A stretch of DNA of 64,000 bases from Dicyema japonicum (taxonomy: Eukaryota; Animalia; Dicyemida), in NCBI GenBank assembly GCA_011109175.1, contig RDEW01000083.1, positions 75,364 to 139,363 of the forward strand. The letters are read 5' to 3'. The translations under genes and the position numbers were made by a program. This document shows positions 25,817 through 38,535 of this stretch, piece by piece. Under the pieces are notes generated by a model that ran no database searches, had not been told where the DNA came from, and saw only the letters and a program-made list of their open reading frames with translations. The stretch's first letter is position 1. Every line of letters begins with the position of its first letter.

Positions 25817-28491
25817 CTATAGATTTATAGTTAGTCTTTTCCATCTTCCTCTGTCGAATGCGAGTGATCTCAATTCGTCCAGGTCGTCTCCCGTCTTTAG
25901 ATTTTTTCTCACACGATTTAAGTCTTTGTTTGAGGCTGTCGGAAGTGTCGATCTAGGTCGTCCGCGGAAAGGTTTTTCGCAACTGTCAAAGTAATCTTCC
26001 ATCGCTTTGTTAGCAGGTGCGTCCGGGTTCATTCTTAGTACATGTCCAAATAGCCTCCACCGGGCGTCTATCACATCCTTGCTGATGTAAGAACACATAC
26101 ACTTGTTGTAGATACCAGTGGTTGATATTATACGTGGCCACTCCATTCCGAGTAAGCTTCTTAGTTGCCTTCTATGGAACGAATCCAGTTTCAATAGTTC
26201 GTTGAAGGAACTTCCCCATGTCCCAGCGTTATACAGTAGGATCGGTTTCACAAACGCGTTGTAAAGCCTGCATCTGATGTCAATTCCAAGTCCTTTGGCC
26301 CTTAGCCATCCTTTCTTCAGTTTAGCTATTGCCGCATTTGCCAGTGTTTTCCTCCTTAGTACATCTTCAGCGTCTCCTAGTAGAGAGCCGAGCTTATTAG
26401 TACGTCTCCATCTTTCATGAGTAATATCGTCTTCTCTTTTGATTTCCGTAATTTCAGTTTTGTTAACATTTACGCTGAGAAACCATTTCTCAAGCTCCGC
26501 AGGTGCATTTTCTAGCAGGTGTTGGAGTGCGGTCACATCCCGTGATACAAAATCCACATCATCCGCATAAGATGTCTCTTCTATGTCTCCTATATAGCAT
26601 TTACGGAGGTCGCGGAGTGCAGATTCAAGGTATATGGTGAATAGTAAAGGGGAGAGGGAATCACCCTGGGGTGTCCCAATCGTTGTTTTGAAACTGCGGG
26701 AAGTTGCTCCTTCTGTCCTCACAGATAGTCTTGTGTTCGCAAGTAGTAGTCTGATTATCCTAACCGACGATTCATCCAATATTTGCTCAAGCACATTCAT
26801 CAGTTTCTGTCTGTTTATTGAGTCGAAAGCTCTGGAGAGATCTATTCCCAACACGGTTGTTGCGCTCTTGAATCTTTGGTGCGTTGCGCAGCGCCATCTG
26901 TGGCTCCATACAATGTCTGCCGTAGACCTCCCTTCTCGGAACCCACTTTGACTTGCTGGTAGGTATAGATTCGCCATACCCTTTATCCGGCTTAGTGCAA
27001 TGTTTGCCAGCACCTTGCGTATCGAATTCAGAAGTATTATCGGGCGGAGATTTTCTACTGGTCCTTTTGATTTGTTCGGTTTTTGTATGGGTATTAATAA
27101 TCCATTTCCAAGTCCTAGATCGGTATTAGTTTCAAAGACGTCATTTAGGGTTTTTGCAATTGTGTCGCTAAGTTTTTTGGCCCATATTTTAGGAGCTCAC
27201 GGCTTATGTTGTCTGGCCCAGCACTCTTGTTGTTCTTCAGTTTATTTATCGCTAATTCCACCTCTTCCACTGTGATTGGGTTTTTTAGCGCCTTTGCTTC
27301 TCCTTGGAAAGGGAGAAAGTCATTATTTTCTTTACTCAACAGTGTTTCGAAGTGTCGTGCAATCAATTCTGCTTTTTCTTTCGGGTTACCCACGAATTTT
27401 CCATCTTTGTCTTTGATGTGAAGGATGTTTCAATTTTAGGGCGTGATGATTTCGGACTCCAAGGCATATATTGGCCGACTTGGAGATTGCCTGCTTTGTT
27501 TGATCCCACATAGTTCGTACTGATGATTCCGGTGCGGTTTTCTTCATAATAGTCTCGATTTGTTCGTGATATTTAGCTCTACAAGTGGGCTCTAACCACA
27601 ATTTTTCTGTCTGAAAATATATATTGGGTCCTTGTCTCGCCTTCTTCGCGTTTTCAACGTATTTTTCCCAGTCAGGTGTTTTTTTACAGAAAGTTTTTGC
27701 AATGACGATCCTGTGGTCGCTGTCGGTTGATGTTCCCTGGTAGGAACGTGCATCATTTATCAGGTGTTTATCAGACTTTCGGCAGAAAATGTAGTCGATT
27801 TGATTATATATATTCACGGTCTCTCCGACAGAGTTTTTTCTTTGTCCGTGCCACGTCGTCTTGTGGCAAGCTGAGTGCGTGAAGGCCGTGTTCCACAGGA
27901 AAAGGCTATTTGCCTCGCAGAAGTTTACCAGAGAGGCTCCAGAAGCATTTCTCCTTCCGCGCCCGTGTCTTCCAATAGAGGATTCTTCGGCCCCATTCGC
28001 ATTACGGCCTTTGCATTCATATCTCCCGCAACAAAGACAAGGGACGAGGAAGCATTGTTAGAGTATGTGCTTGATAGTTCTGAGTAGAATTCCTCGAGCT
28101 CACCGGGGTTTTTGATTACTCGTCTACAGTGTGGTGCATAGACATTTATGACGGTTAATAGACTCTTGGACGGCATAGTTCATTTAGTTTGACTTGTAGG
28201 ACACATATTCGGTCGTTGACTCTCCAATAGCGATGTAATTTTTTGAGGTAATCCACGTGTAGGGCAAATCCCATGCCGTAGTGCTTGCATTCAGGAAGAG
28301 AATCAGTCGTAGTTGTTCCATGTCTCATCGCGTCCATCTTCGATTTTCGTCTCTTGTAGGCAGCCATAGATATTTTTGTATTTCTCGAGATCGTCACAAA
28401 GTACTTTCCTTTTCCAATCTTTCGATATTCCACGTACGTTGAACGTCATTAGCCTGAGTTCTCGATTGTATGATGAGTGTTTTTCAGACAT
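25817..28491 (-). mobile_element. Near full-length RTE-type LINE (APE + RT), frameshifted
   Basis: LRLMTFNVRG, CLQETK, INVYAPH, VAGDMNAK, QIDYIF and TDSDH (APE). RPIILLNS, SQSGFREGRST, GIDLSRAFD, GTPQGDSLSP, SYADDV and RWRLFGHVLR (RT and C-terminus). Confidence 0.93.
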
Positions 28492-28699
28492 TTTTCTTAA
28501 TCGTAATCGTTTTAGTTAAAATCGTTAATATTTAATTTCATAAAATTGTAAAAAACAGTCAATATAAATAGAGTGTCATTTTAATGATACTTTATTATTC
28601 TTAATTAAAAAAACTTTATTAATATTTAAAAATAAAAAAAATATTTTATTTCTGCACATGGTTTTAAGCTTCAAGTTGAACGTGGATGAGCTGCGTCAG

Positions 28700-29115
28700 A
28701 TAATCGAATTTCTAGAAAATGGATTCTTGATGCGTCTCTTTCAAGAAAGAGTATATTTTTGGAATACCAAGAGCACCGTGGTTTCATTCCAGTTTGAGAG
28801 GTATCATTTATAAAATAATGTATAGGTTAAATCAATATCTTAAAAAATGCTTATCATCCGTTTCTTCTACTGAAGGAAAAAATGCGAAAAAAAGAAGATG
28901 GAAAATGATGAAGAATTGTTGAATGTAGGAGACAGAGTCATTCTACGAATGGAGTGTGAATACAATCAAACAACGAAAAAAGGTCCATTATATGAGCACT
29001 TGGACACTACAGTTTATCTAGTAGTGGATTTACAATGATCTATGGTCCACATAGATGGTGGCAACTCTGAAGTAAAGATAGTCCACCATAGGCGAGTAAA
29101 GAGATTATTTTAATT
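28700..29115 (+). mobile_element. Possible Gypsy/Ginger integrase C-terminal remnant
   Basis: ELLNVGDRVILRM...KKGPLY...VYLVVD...KIVHHRRVKR resembles the GPY/F-type integrase tail. Stops are present. Confidence 0.4.
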
Positions 29116-29159
29116 GACTTTCCATTCAAGAAATATTTTTTAATCTTTTTTGCTTAAAG

Positions 29160-29373
29160 TGGAGAGTTGTTGATTAGGAATGGAATTAGGTATTGATTAT
29201 GATTGATGTTGAAAATTGCTTTATGGATGAGATCACACTTAGGTATTTTTAGGAAATGGATTTGAATTTGTCAAAGTTATGGTTATAATTAGAATTAGAC
29301 ATGGATTGTTAAGGGATAGGTTTTATGATATTTTTAGGTTTAAGATTAAAAATTACGGTTTATATTTAGGGTA
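29160..29373 (+). repeat. G/T-rich TTAGGG-like element copy 2, 5' half
   Basis: Aligns with 12270-12480 and is interrupted at a TA by the pogo element. Confidence 0.75.
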
Positions 29374-30533
29374 CAGTCCGACCCTAAATGGGCACCAAAT
29401 GCCCCAAAATAGGGGTTATTATTGAAATTAAATCAATAATTAACATCAAATAACATTTTTGCCAAAATAATCAGTTATTTTAGTTTTAGAGTTTTGTCGT
29501 ATATTATTTGTTAATTTTAGCCGGAAATCATAGAAGTCTCGCAGCATTTTTGGTGCCACATGTTAAATTTTTTCTTCAAATTGTTTAGCAGATCCTTTTT
29601 TCTTCTACGACATTTTCAATATTCTCCGTTTCTGAATATCCACTATAGATATTATTTTCGGACTCTTCGCACTCTACATCAATTGTTTCTTCTATAACAT
29701 GATTTAGAAGTTGATCTGTTAGACAGTCTGTCGCATAAGAATCACGGTTCCTGTCGATTCTCTTCCAACAATTAACAATACATGCCGCATCTATTTTCTC
29801 CCAACCTTTCGAAATTAGCATCACAAATACAATAACCCAAAATCTTGGACATCAAAATTTTTTTAGGCACCGTGGTTGTTTATACTTTCCAATAATCAAT
29901 GGGTTAAGTTTTTCTCCAATTAAACTGCAGCATAGAAGAACAGTGAGTCTTTCTTTTCCTTGTTTATAGCCAAAACACTGTTCGCCTTTTTCGACATATG
30001 ATTTTCGGGAGTTCTTTCATTATAAAAATCGCAATTAAATACATTTTTCTCCACATGAGGGGTTTTCTCTACATATTGACTTGAATTGAAGCTCATATCG
30101 CAATTTAAATCTTTCAAGCCACCCATTGGAGGTTTTAAAAGAAGTAATCCAATTTTTGAAGCTGTAACTAAGACGATTTTTTTCAAAATAGGGCCTGAAA
30201 TCGAAATTTTATCCACCCGAAGTTTCTGAAATACTTCAAATACTTGATCATCAAATTTTTCTTTATCGCCTTTAAATGCCTCATCAAATTCAGAACTATT
30301 ATTGCCGCGGTGTAAGAAAGGTATAATGTTTCGTTTGATTCTTGAAATAATTCCTTTACTTGTCTTGTACTTTGTGATTAATTGCCTTTCAGATAAGTTG
30401 TTCCTCATAATTTCTTTAGAAATTTTCAATTTAGTTTCGTAATCCATAACCACAACAAAAATGAAAATTAAAAATAAGACAAAAAATAATTAATTTATTA
30501 TTAATTTTATTTTTTTAAACAATTAAACAAATG

Positions 30534-31282
30534 TCAGTTGAGGAAGCCTGCTGCGTGGATTGCGAACGAGTTCCCTCGGAGTATGGCTATTCCAATTTTT
30601 TGTCTTAGCCATAACCCTTCTCGTTGATCCCTTTTCTTTCTGGCAAGCAATCCTCCGAATTCTTGCAAGAATTCAGCCGTCATTGGACCAACGGCTCCCG
30701 ATGATTCGGTCGCAACAGGAGTAAATCGGTAGCGATCCCCGAGGCAAGAATATTTCTTGATTTTTAGGTTTTCTGCAGTCGAAGCAGCTGCTCCAGGTGT
30801 CTGAACCGATTTAAAAATGTTCGTGCTTGAGAACGTTTCTATGCAAGTTGCGTCCCAGACCAAAGATCTTCCAGACGTGAAGGGGAAAAGGGTCATCCCG
30901 TCAGGTCTCTTCCCATCTCCTCGATCAAGACCCACTGATTCAAGCTGTGCTGGTAATCCTGAAGCCTTCAGAGCTCTGACGATCACATCATTCAGAGCAG
31001 CATGACGTGGTCCCCTTCCGGCGCTTTCTTCTGCAGGACAGCGGGTGCAATCCTTTCGCATCGACTGTTTTCCCGCATCGGCATCGGTGCTCCTGGATAA
31101 CGTCTAGTCCCAGCCTTTGTTCGATTCCAATCCTCAACAAAAAGGTCCCGAGGTTTGGGCAAGGTATTGCCACCAAGCCATGCTCCACTCCCTCTACTTG
31201 AAGCTGACACCAAAACAAGCCAGTCGATGTTGATTTGCTTCTTTTTTAAGGTCTTCCAAAATTTTGGAGCAGACAATGTCAT
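30534..31282 (-). mobile_element. CRE-like non-LTR retrotransposon 3' part (zinc knuckle + RLE)
   Basis: [58 protein letters not shown] and LRQKIGIAILRGNS. Confidence 0.85.
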
Positions 31283-31334
31283 CCCAATTACTTTGCTATA
31301 ATTTTTTTTATAATTTTATTATCTTAAAAATTGT

Positions 31335-32947
31335 GTACCAAAGGGAAGTGTCGGAAATTATAGCTGCCCACTTTGGAAAACTTTTCAATCCTACGACACT
31401 ATCATCCTAGAACGAGGGAAATCGGACGAGGAAATCACACCATATGAAGTTGAACTTGCGAGTTCCAAGTTGAAAAACAACAGGACTCCTGGCCCCGACG
31501 GACTCGGTAGTGAATTCTTCAAATATGGAACCCAAAAGCTGTATGAATGCATCGCTAGGATCTTGAATGAAATGTACTATTATGGTCACACGCTGACCCT
31601 GGGAGAGGGTATCTTGATACCTGTACAAAAGGCGAATAAACCAAGATCTAAGGTGGAGAACCTCCGTCCGGTCATATTAATGAATTCACTTCGGAAAATT
31701 CTGGCGAACATAACATTACAAAGGATGGAAGGACGTCTAGATACTTTTCTGTCGCCTATACTACAGCAGATTCCGAAAAGGAAGATCTACTTCCGATGTT
31801 TTGTGGTCCCACACGTGGAGATCTGCTGCCATTCAAAAGTTCAAAATGTCTACAACCATCCTCGGAATCGACTTTTCTAGGGCCTTCGACTCTGTTGACA
31901 GACGGAAGCTAATACTGGTTCTGGGGAGTTTCCTAGACGCTTCCACTGTCAGAATGGCCACCACCCTCCTAGCTGATACTTGACTCACTGTAAGAGTCGG
32001 GGGAGCCTTGTCTCGCCGATTTGAGACGACTGTTGGCACTCCACAAAGAGACCCATTATCACTTATCCTTTTTGTCATATACCTTGAAGCTGCTTTACGG
32101 GAGTCAAAACCGATAATGGGTGAAAAGACAAACATTATTGCGTATGCTGACGACGTAGACTTTATTTCAAATGACAAAATACCGCTCACCCGCTTGATGG
32201 AAGAAGTGTCTGGAAGACTAGCCGAATGGTTCCTAACAGTAAATCCGGACAAGACTGAGGTAACTGAACTCAAGAAGGAAGAAACAAGGACGGAGGAGCA
32301 CTGGCGCAAGTGCAAAAAGCTTAGCTCCCTCCTTGGAGACCATGAAGAAATTACAAGAAGGAAAACCTTAGCACAAACTGCCCTCTCCAGATTGAAGAGC
32401 ACTTGGCTCCACAAAAAAGGCCTTGACATTATAACGAAAACTCGATTATACAACTCGCTAGTGAAACCCATACTACTGTATAACGCTGGTACCTGGGCCT
32501 GCTCAAGAAATGAACTGAAAAGGCTTAATGCGTTTCATAGAGACCAACTACGGAATATGATGTTCGAAAGAAGTGCTACGAGGATGTCATCTAATCTTTA
32601 TAAAAGAACGAGGACCTCTGAAATTTCAAATGAAATTCTGGATACACGATGGAGGCTTTTCGGCCATATTCTGCGACTGGACCTAGATGCCCCCGCGAAC
32701 GTAACCATGGAGGATTACTTCATGTTGGAGGCCCCCCGTTTCCGTGGTCGCCCAAGGACGACACTGCAAGTCGTTCTCCACGAGGACCTAAAGAAATGGG
32801 ACGGCATCTTGGAAGTGGAGAGGATCTTGACTGGTTGCGCACTGCGGCTTTGAATAGGAGGAAGTGGATGAAACTAACCAGTGATTTGCTAACTCGTGTT
32901 GCACATGTAAAGTCCTATGACATAGCGATAAGTGCTTATAATAATAA
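31335..32947 (+). mobile_element. 5'-truncated RTE LINE with target-site duplication
   Basis: 15-bp TSD tatcttaaaaattgt at 31320-31334 and 32948-32962, and a (TAA)n tail. RT motifs PGPDG, GIDFSRAFD, GTPQ and AYADDV. Confidence 0.92.
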
Positions 32948-33107
32948 TATCTTAAAAATTGTAATAAATGATTTTTTGATGCCCCAAAATTTCCATAATT
33001 TTTTATTGATTTTTCATTTTATTCTGCCAAAATGTTGATTTGAAAAAAGTGCCCCAAAATCCGAGGGTTCCCCACCCCTGAATCTGCCTCATTTTGGGGT
33101 CGGACTG

Positions 33108-33355
33108 TATGGGTTAGGGATTAGGGTTCTGGATTAGGCTTGGGATTAAGATTGGTTTTGGGATTAAGGTTAGGGCTTAAGTTATATGTTCTAGTAGTAG
33201 TTTTAACGGTATGGAACTTATTTTAGTTATTGGTTAAGAAAAGAATAATTTTTTAATATCAAAAGTTAATTATGCTTAGTTTTATTCATTTAAATGTTTA
33301 ATAGATTAAAAAAAATAGATTTTCCGACATAATTGTATTGAATTGTTTCAGGTTG
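33108..33355 (+). repeat. G/T-rich TTAGGG-like element copy 2, 3' half
   Basis: Continues copy 2 and aligns with 12570-12800, including the ending ttttc(t/c)gacat..attg(c/t)attgaattgtttcagg. Confidence 0.75.
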
Positions 33356-34309
33356 TTATAACACCATATTTTGCATGAATAATTATGGTCAGGCATCCAA
33401 TGGATTTGAAAAAATGGTATATTTAACTAAATAAAATAGTTAGAGTCAGGAAAAATGTTATAAAAATGCAAAAAATTGATAGAGTTCTACGTACGGACGG
33501 TGACAATAAATATACTAATTTAATTATTTTTAATTGTTAACTTACAATTAACTAACAAAATTTTCTATATCAATGAAGAGCGGATTGGAGAATTGTCCAT
33601 AACAAATTCTATATATTCTTTATATTGCCAAAAGTAAGACAAATTGGATCCTTACTACAATTTCAATAAACACAGAGTATAAATTATTAGAATAAAAAAT
33701 GTACCAAAATATTTGAAATCAAAAAATTGTTTTATTTAATAAAGTCATAAATCGTTGTCTGTCTTTAATTCTTTTAAATTAACACTTCTTACTTCTTTAT
33801 TGTGGTTAAATTTTTCAATGTTCCATATTCTATCATTTCTGAATTTTGTACTTTCTTCTATAATAATTGGATTTAATATTTGTATTCTCCATCGTTCCCG
33901 TCATTTTCAGGATCAATAATTTCCTCGTCGATGTTATAATCTTAACAAAATGGTGACGATTTCGTTCTCGTCGAGCGTTTCTGTTTGAGTTATTTTTTTC
34001 ATCAGCAAGTTCTTCCAGTTCTTTTTGTTACACATCCAACTTCTTTAACTTTATCATATTTTGTCTATTCAAATTAATTTCATATTTTGCTAAGCTGGCT
34101 GTCTTCTTGAAGAACTTTTAGTTTGAGTAATAAAACCATTGATTGCATCCATCCTTTAAATCTATCAACGAGTGAATTATCAAGATGATGTTTACCACAT
34201 CCCCCCCTTAAATATGAACAAAAAATAATAAAGATACCTTTGTCAGATAATACTGTTTCTCGTCGGATTTGTGCTGAAATGCGGGTGGCTTTGTCAACCT
34301 GATATTGAT

Positions 34310-35140
34310 GATATATGCAAAAACAATAATAATTAAGAATTTAGGTGACCTTGCTTCTTCAAAGCCAAAGTCACCGTTTCCATTAAATCCACATGTGCAA
34401 TCGAGCACAAATAGTTTAACCGCGACATAATCTCCAATATTTCAGCTTGTATCTTCTCTGATAGATTGGGTGAGACATCGTTCGGTTTTCGACGATTTTT
34501 AGGTGCCGATTTTGACATAACTGTCTTTGTTGTCCACGTTCTCCCAATTATCGCCTGTCCATCGCCTTTAGTTGCTTTCCTCTGATCAGATTTCTTGGCG
34601 GCTGGGCATCCACCATATCTGGCACAGTGTGAGGACGAGCCACAATTTATACAATTCATTATGTTCCAGGAGTCTCTCCACAAGCAGTCAAGTCGTGTTC
34701 CCCTGCACAACGGAGACATCTTGTCTTCTCCTTACAGAAGGAGGATATGTGTCTATAGCGTTGGCATTTGAAACATTTCGGTGGGCCTCTTCTACCATTC
34801 ACATGTAATTGTCACGTGGGCAATGTTGAAACCAAGACGGACAAGCGATGTAGCCTCCGCCCTTGATCCAACTAGAACTTTTGCAAGAGGGAGTCTCCTA
34901 TCTCTCCTTGTAGAAAAGACATATGCTTGTAGTAAAGGGAGCTATTTCCTTGACAAATTCATGAAGGTCGTTATCATCAACCCAAAATGGCAAGTTCTTC
35001 AACACAATTTCGGACGGTTTCACTTGGATTTCACTGAAACAATAGTTTCCAAGACCAAAAGGTGAAGTGGCATTCACATGTTTACAAAAGTTCCTTTTGT
35101 CCTCCTCCTTCGTGAATTCGAGGCGGAAGATCAATATAAT
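34310..35140 (-). mobile_element. LINE ORF1 (gag-like, three zinc knuckles) remnant, copy 1
   Basis: CFKCQRYRHISSFC, CLRCAGEHDLTAC and CINCGSSSHCARYGGCP, with an upstream KNLPFWV region. Confidence 0.8.
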
Positions 35141-37639
35141 TCTCCTTTAATACCTCTCCAGAGTTAGTCTTTTTGATTTTAGTATTCTTCTTTGTAGTAG
35201 CTTTTCTAACGACAGGCATGAAATTTACAAGAACCGAAATATAGTTGACTAATGAGGAATTTTAATTTACAGTTGTTTTTTTTTCAATTAATTATAAAAT
35301 TGGTTTTTTTAATTTGACCTTTGACAAAGTTATTCAACATTTTGATGAATTATTATAATTTTGATAAAATTATTAAATTTTTTGACATAGTTATTAAATT
35401 TTATAGCCGGGTTGGGTGGCATAGTTGTTAGGTTTAAGGCAAAGTGAAATTTTATAGCCGGTGGCATGCATAGTGGTTAGGTGTCGGAAAACTAAAAAGG
35501 ACCCACACACAAAAATAAGAAAAAAAAGTAGTGAAGATCATTCCTGGTTCTAAGTTCGGATTAATGATGGTTTACTGTATTATGATAATTTTCCCACTTG
35601 GAAAAAAGTTTACATGTTTTGTATGAATTGATTAAACCTAAATAAAATTTGAAATTTATTACCAAATTCTTTTTTTGTCGAGTTTCAATAGACACTAGAG
35701 AAAGCTTTTGATGTCAGTTTTATATAAAAAAACTCCAAAGGTTTGGTTTATCTTTTTTTATTTTTATGTGCACTATCCAAATGATTTTAGAGTTTGTTTG
35801 GTGCACTATCTAATGATCTTTTATTCGTTAATGGCATATTAAGCAAAATGGCCTCGATTACTAGGTGATGCAATAAATCCATATTATAAATATTCTTCAG
35901 AATATTGTCGATGCTTTTTTTGGTTATATTACTCATATCCAGTTTTTTCCTTAAAATAATTAAGAGTGAATATTATTATTAACCAACAAATGCAACAGCT
36001 TACGTCACTCAAGTTGCACCTCAAACCAAGGGAGGCTGTATTTGGACAGAAAGACTTTTGGAAGACGACTTACCTCGATTTCGTTTAAGAGCGAATTAAT
36101 ACTCCTTTAGTTTCTTAAAAGTTTAGTGTGTTTGCGAAGGTCGAGGATTCTCGAGTAATAAAAACGAAAAATGGCACTTGGCTACAATCGCAGGATTTCT
36201 TGCCTCTAAATATGGTTTATCCTTGTTTATGTTTGTTTGCTTCATCCACTCGATAGATTTGTTGACTACCCATCCTACACTTCCTCAGCTCAGAACTTTG
36301 GATTTCTGATGTCTATTGAGTCCGTCACCTCATCCATACTCACAAAAAAGGGAGAGATTAGCCTACATCCACCATCAATCTCTCGACAAAGTAACCATCA
36401 ATTAAACACCTTTTTCTTTGGCTAATTTGTATCTCAAGCCTGTAAGAGTGAAAATCATTAGCGACCGATAATCTGCTTAATCTAACGTTACTCTGCTGGG
36501 GGTTTTTTAAAGCAAATTGTAATTAATTACTAAAGTGGCTCCTCTAGCTGATATCGATCGCTGTTGTAAGAAGCTTGTAAGTCTGGTGAGTAAAAAATTA
36601 GAATTACATTTTGGGATTATTTCTAAATGAATTTAAATTAGTAACGGAAATAATGAGCTTAGGGAGATTATTTTTTGAAAAAGTTTGTCACAGTAATCGA
36701 TCGGCTTACAAGGATAATAAAAAATTGACCCAGAAACGGTGGATCATCAAAAACATTGTTACGAGGGCTTGTGATCTTCACCAATATCGCAAGGAATTCA
36801 CACATTACTGCCCACTAAAAACCTCTAGTCAAGTCACATATACTCATTTAGAATTTGAGGACATTAAATATTCAACCACAGAAGGATTTCCAAGGCTGAT
36901 TAAACGAATTTCAATAAAAATCGTAAGAGGGAATGCACTCTCAATCATGAGAGCTACTTATTCTTCGACACTTCAAGTTCAATAAATCATTTTCAATAAC
37001 TGAAATTATGAGTCTCGTACAAAAATTTTCAAAGGCAATGAATCAAAGTAAGGGTGGGGTACAAGGACATTGGACCACACTGTTAATTGAATTTTTGAAC
37101 TGATATTTATGTGGATACGACCATTAATTTAATCAACAATCATTAAGATGTCGTTAATTCAACAAAACGTCTGAGAAATAGACATTTCTGTAATTTGTGC
37201 TTATGCTAAGTTTAACAAACAATAAAAAAGACGTCTAGTTAGCTAGCCACCTCATTTAACACAGCAAGAGACTGCTAGACTGAAAGGTGTTTGAATAAAA
37301 AACTATGGCAANTGCTTATGCTAAGTTTAACAAACAATAAAAAAGACGTCTAGTTAGCTAGCCACCTCATTTAACACAGCAAGAGACTGCTAGACTGAAA
37401 GTTGTTTGAATAAAAAACTATGGCAATCATAATTCAATTACATCGATAGACAAAGAAAACGCGGAATACAAACTTCAACGTGAATTTGTGTACGTTTGTA
37501 AATAAATTAATTTAATGACTTTAAGAGAATTAATCGAAAACAACGTGACTACTAATTAATTTCTTTAATTTATTTTATTTATTTAACTAACCCACGGTAA
37601 CACCAATGTAATGATCACGTGATCCCGATGCATTCTAAC

Positions 37640-38270
37640 AGAGAGCTCATCTTTGCCCGATGTTCTTCCTTCGTGCCGCGCATGAACATACAGGACGGCT
37701 GCCTGAATTTTCAGGGCCACCTTCCAGTGATCTGAAGTCTAGTCTCATAAGGGTCTCCAGAGGCGTAGATCCGGTTCGGTGATCTTCACAAATCCAACGC
37801 TCCGTTACTCTGTAAGCTCTATTTTGCATTTCCTCAATTTTCCTCATATTTGTCCAAGATATGGACGGTCCCTACGAGGCGCATGCATATGAGAAACATG
37901 GCTCGAAATACTGTTTGTACACGTTCATCAGGCCGGGTGAGTACCACTCTTCCATATTCCCGATAAACACGTTCAATTTCTCGCATTTCAATAGAATGGT
38001 TTCTACGTGTGGTGTCAGACAGAAATGCATATCACTTGTCACACCCAAGATCCTTTGACATCTGTTAAAAAGGATGTCGACCTTGTTTAACTTCAAGGTG
38101 ATTGTCTTCCTTCCCAATCTTTAGTCAGATGTAAATAGTGACGTAGACGACTTCTCTGCATTCACCATAAGCCGGTTTTCCAATATCCAGGCATTGTCCA
38201 GGTTAATTTACATTCTTTCTGTGGCTTTCTGGATGTCCTGATTTCGCAAAGCTAACACAATATCCGTTGG
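37640..38270 (-). mobile_element. LINE RT C-terminal remnant
   Basis: RILGVTSDMHFCLTPHVETIL...YKQYFEPCFSYA...KIEEMQNRAYR resembles the thumb and post-RT region of I/Jockey-type LINEs. Confidence 0.55.
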
Positions 38271-38535
38271 GAAGGAGCCGTGAATTAATCAAGCAAATAT
38301 GAAATTATTTGACTAAGAATGCAAATATCATAACATTAGCATTAAAATGATTCAAATAGTTGAAAAATGATTAGTTTTAGCAAATTTAAATCTGTATATT
38401 TTTAAACAACAAAAAAACGTTTCTTTCACATTAGAACTTATTTTAATAAAATTAAATAATGATTTATTATATAAAAAATAAATTTAAAAAATTTAAAAAA
38501 TTAAATAAAATAATATATTAAATAAGAAGTTTATC

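Larger units (their letters stand above)
29374..33107 (-). mobile_element. pogo/Tigger DNA transposon with TIRs and TA target duplication, carrying nested inserts
   Basis: TA|cagtccgaccctaaatggg at the left end and cctcattttggggtcggactg|TA at the right. Internally deleted transposase at 29585-30453 (HTH-psq, CENP-B HTH, FNCD, KGWEKIDAACIVNCWKR). Confidence 0.87.

Noticed and set aside
26634-27513. Plus-strand ORFs listed in the track, and similar antisense ORFs at 14011-14401, 31833-32471 and 46952-47203
   Set aside because: They are shadows of RTE or host coding sequence on the opposite strand, with no independent features.
36611-36985. 124-aa ORF ending RISIKIVRGNALSI
   Set aside because: Only the last residues resemble an RLE C-terminus, so it is too decayed to call.
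37198-37426. 114-bp direct duplication
   Set aside because: The copies are almost identical and separated by a single N, typical of an unmerged contig overlap.
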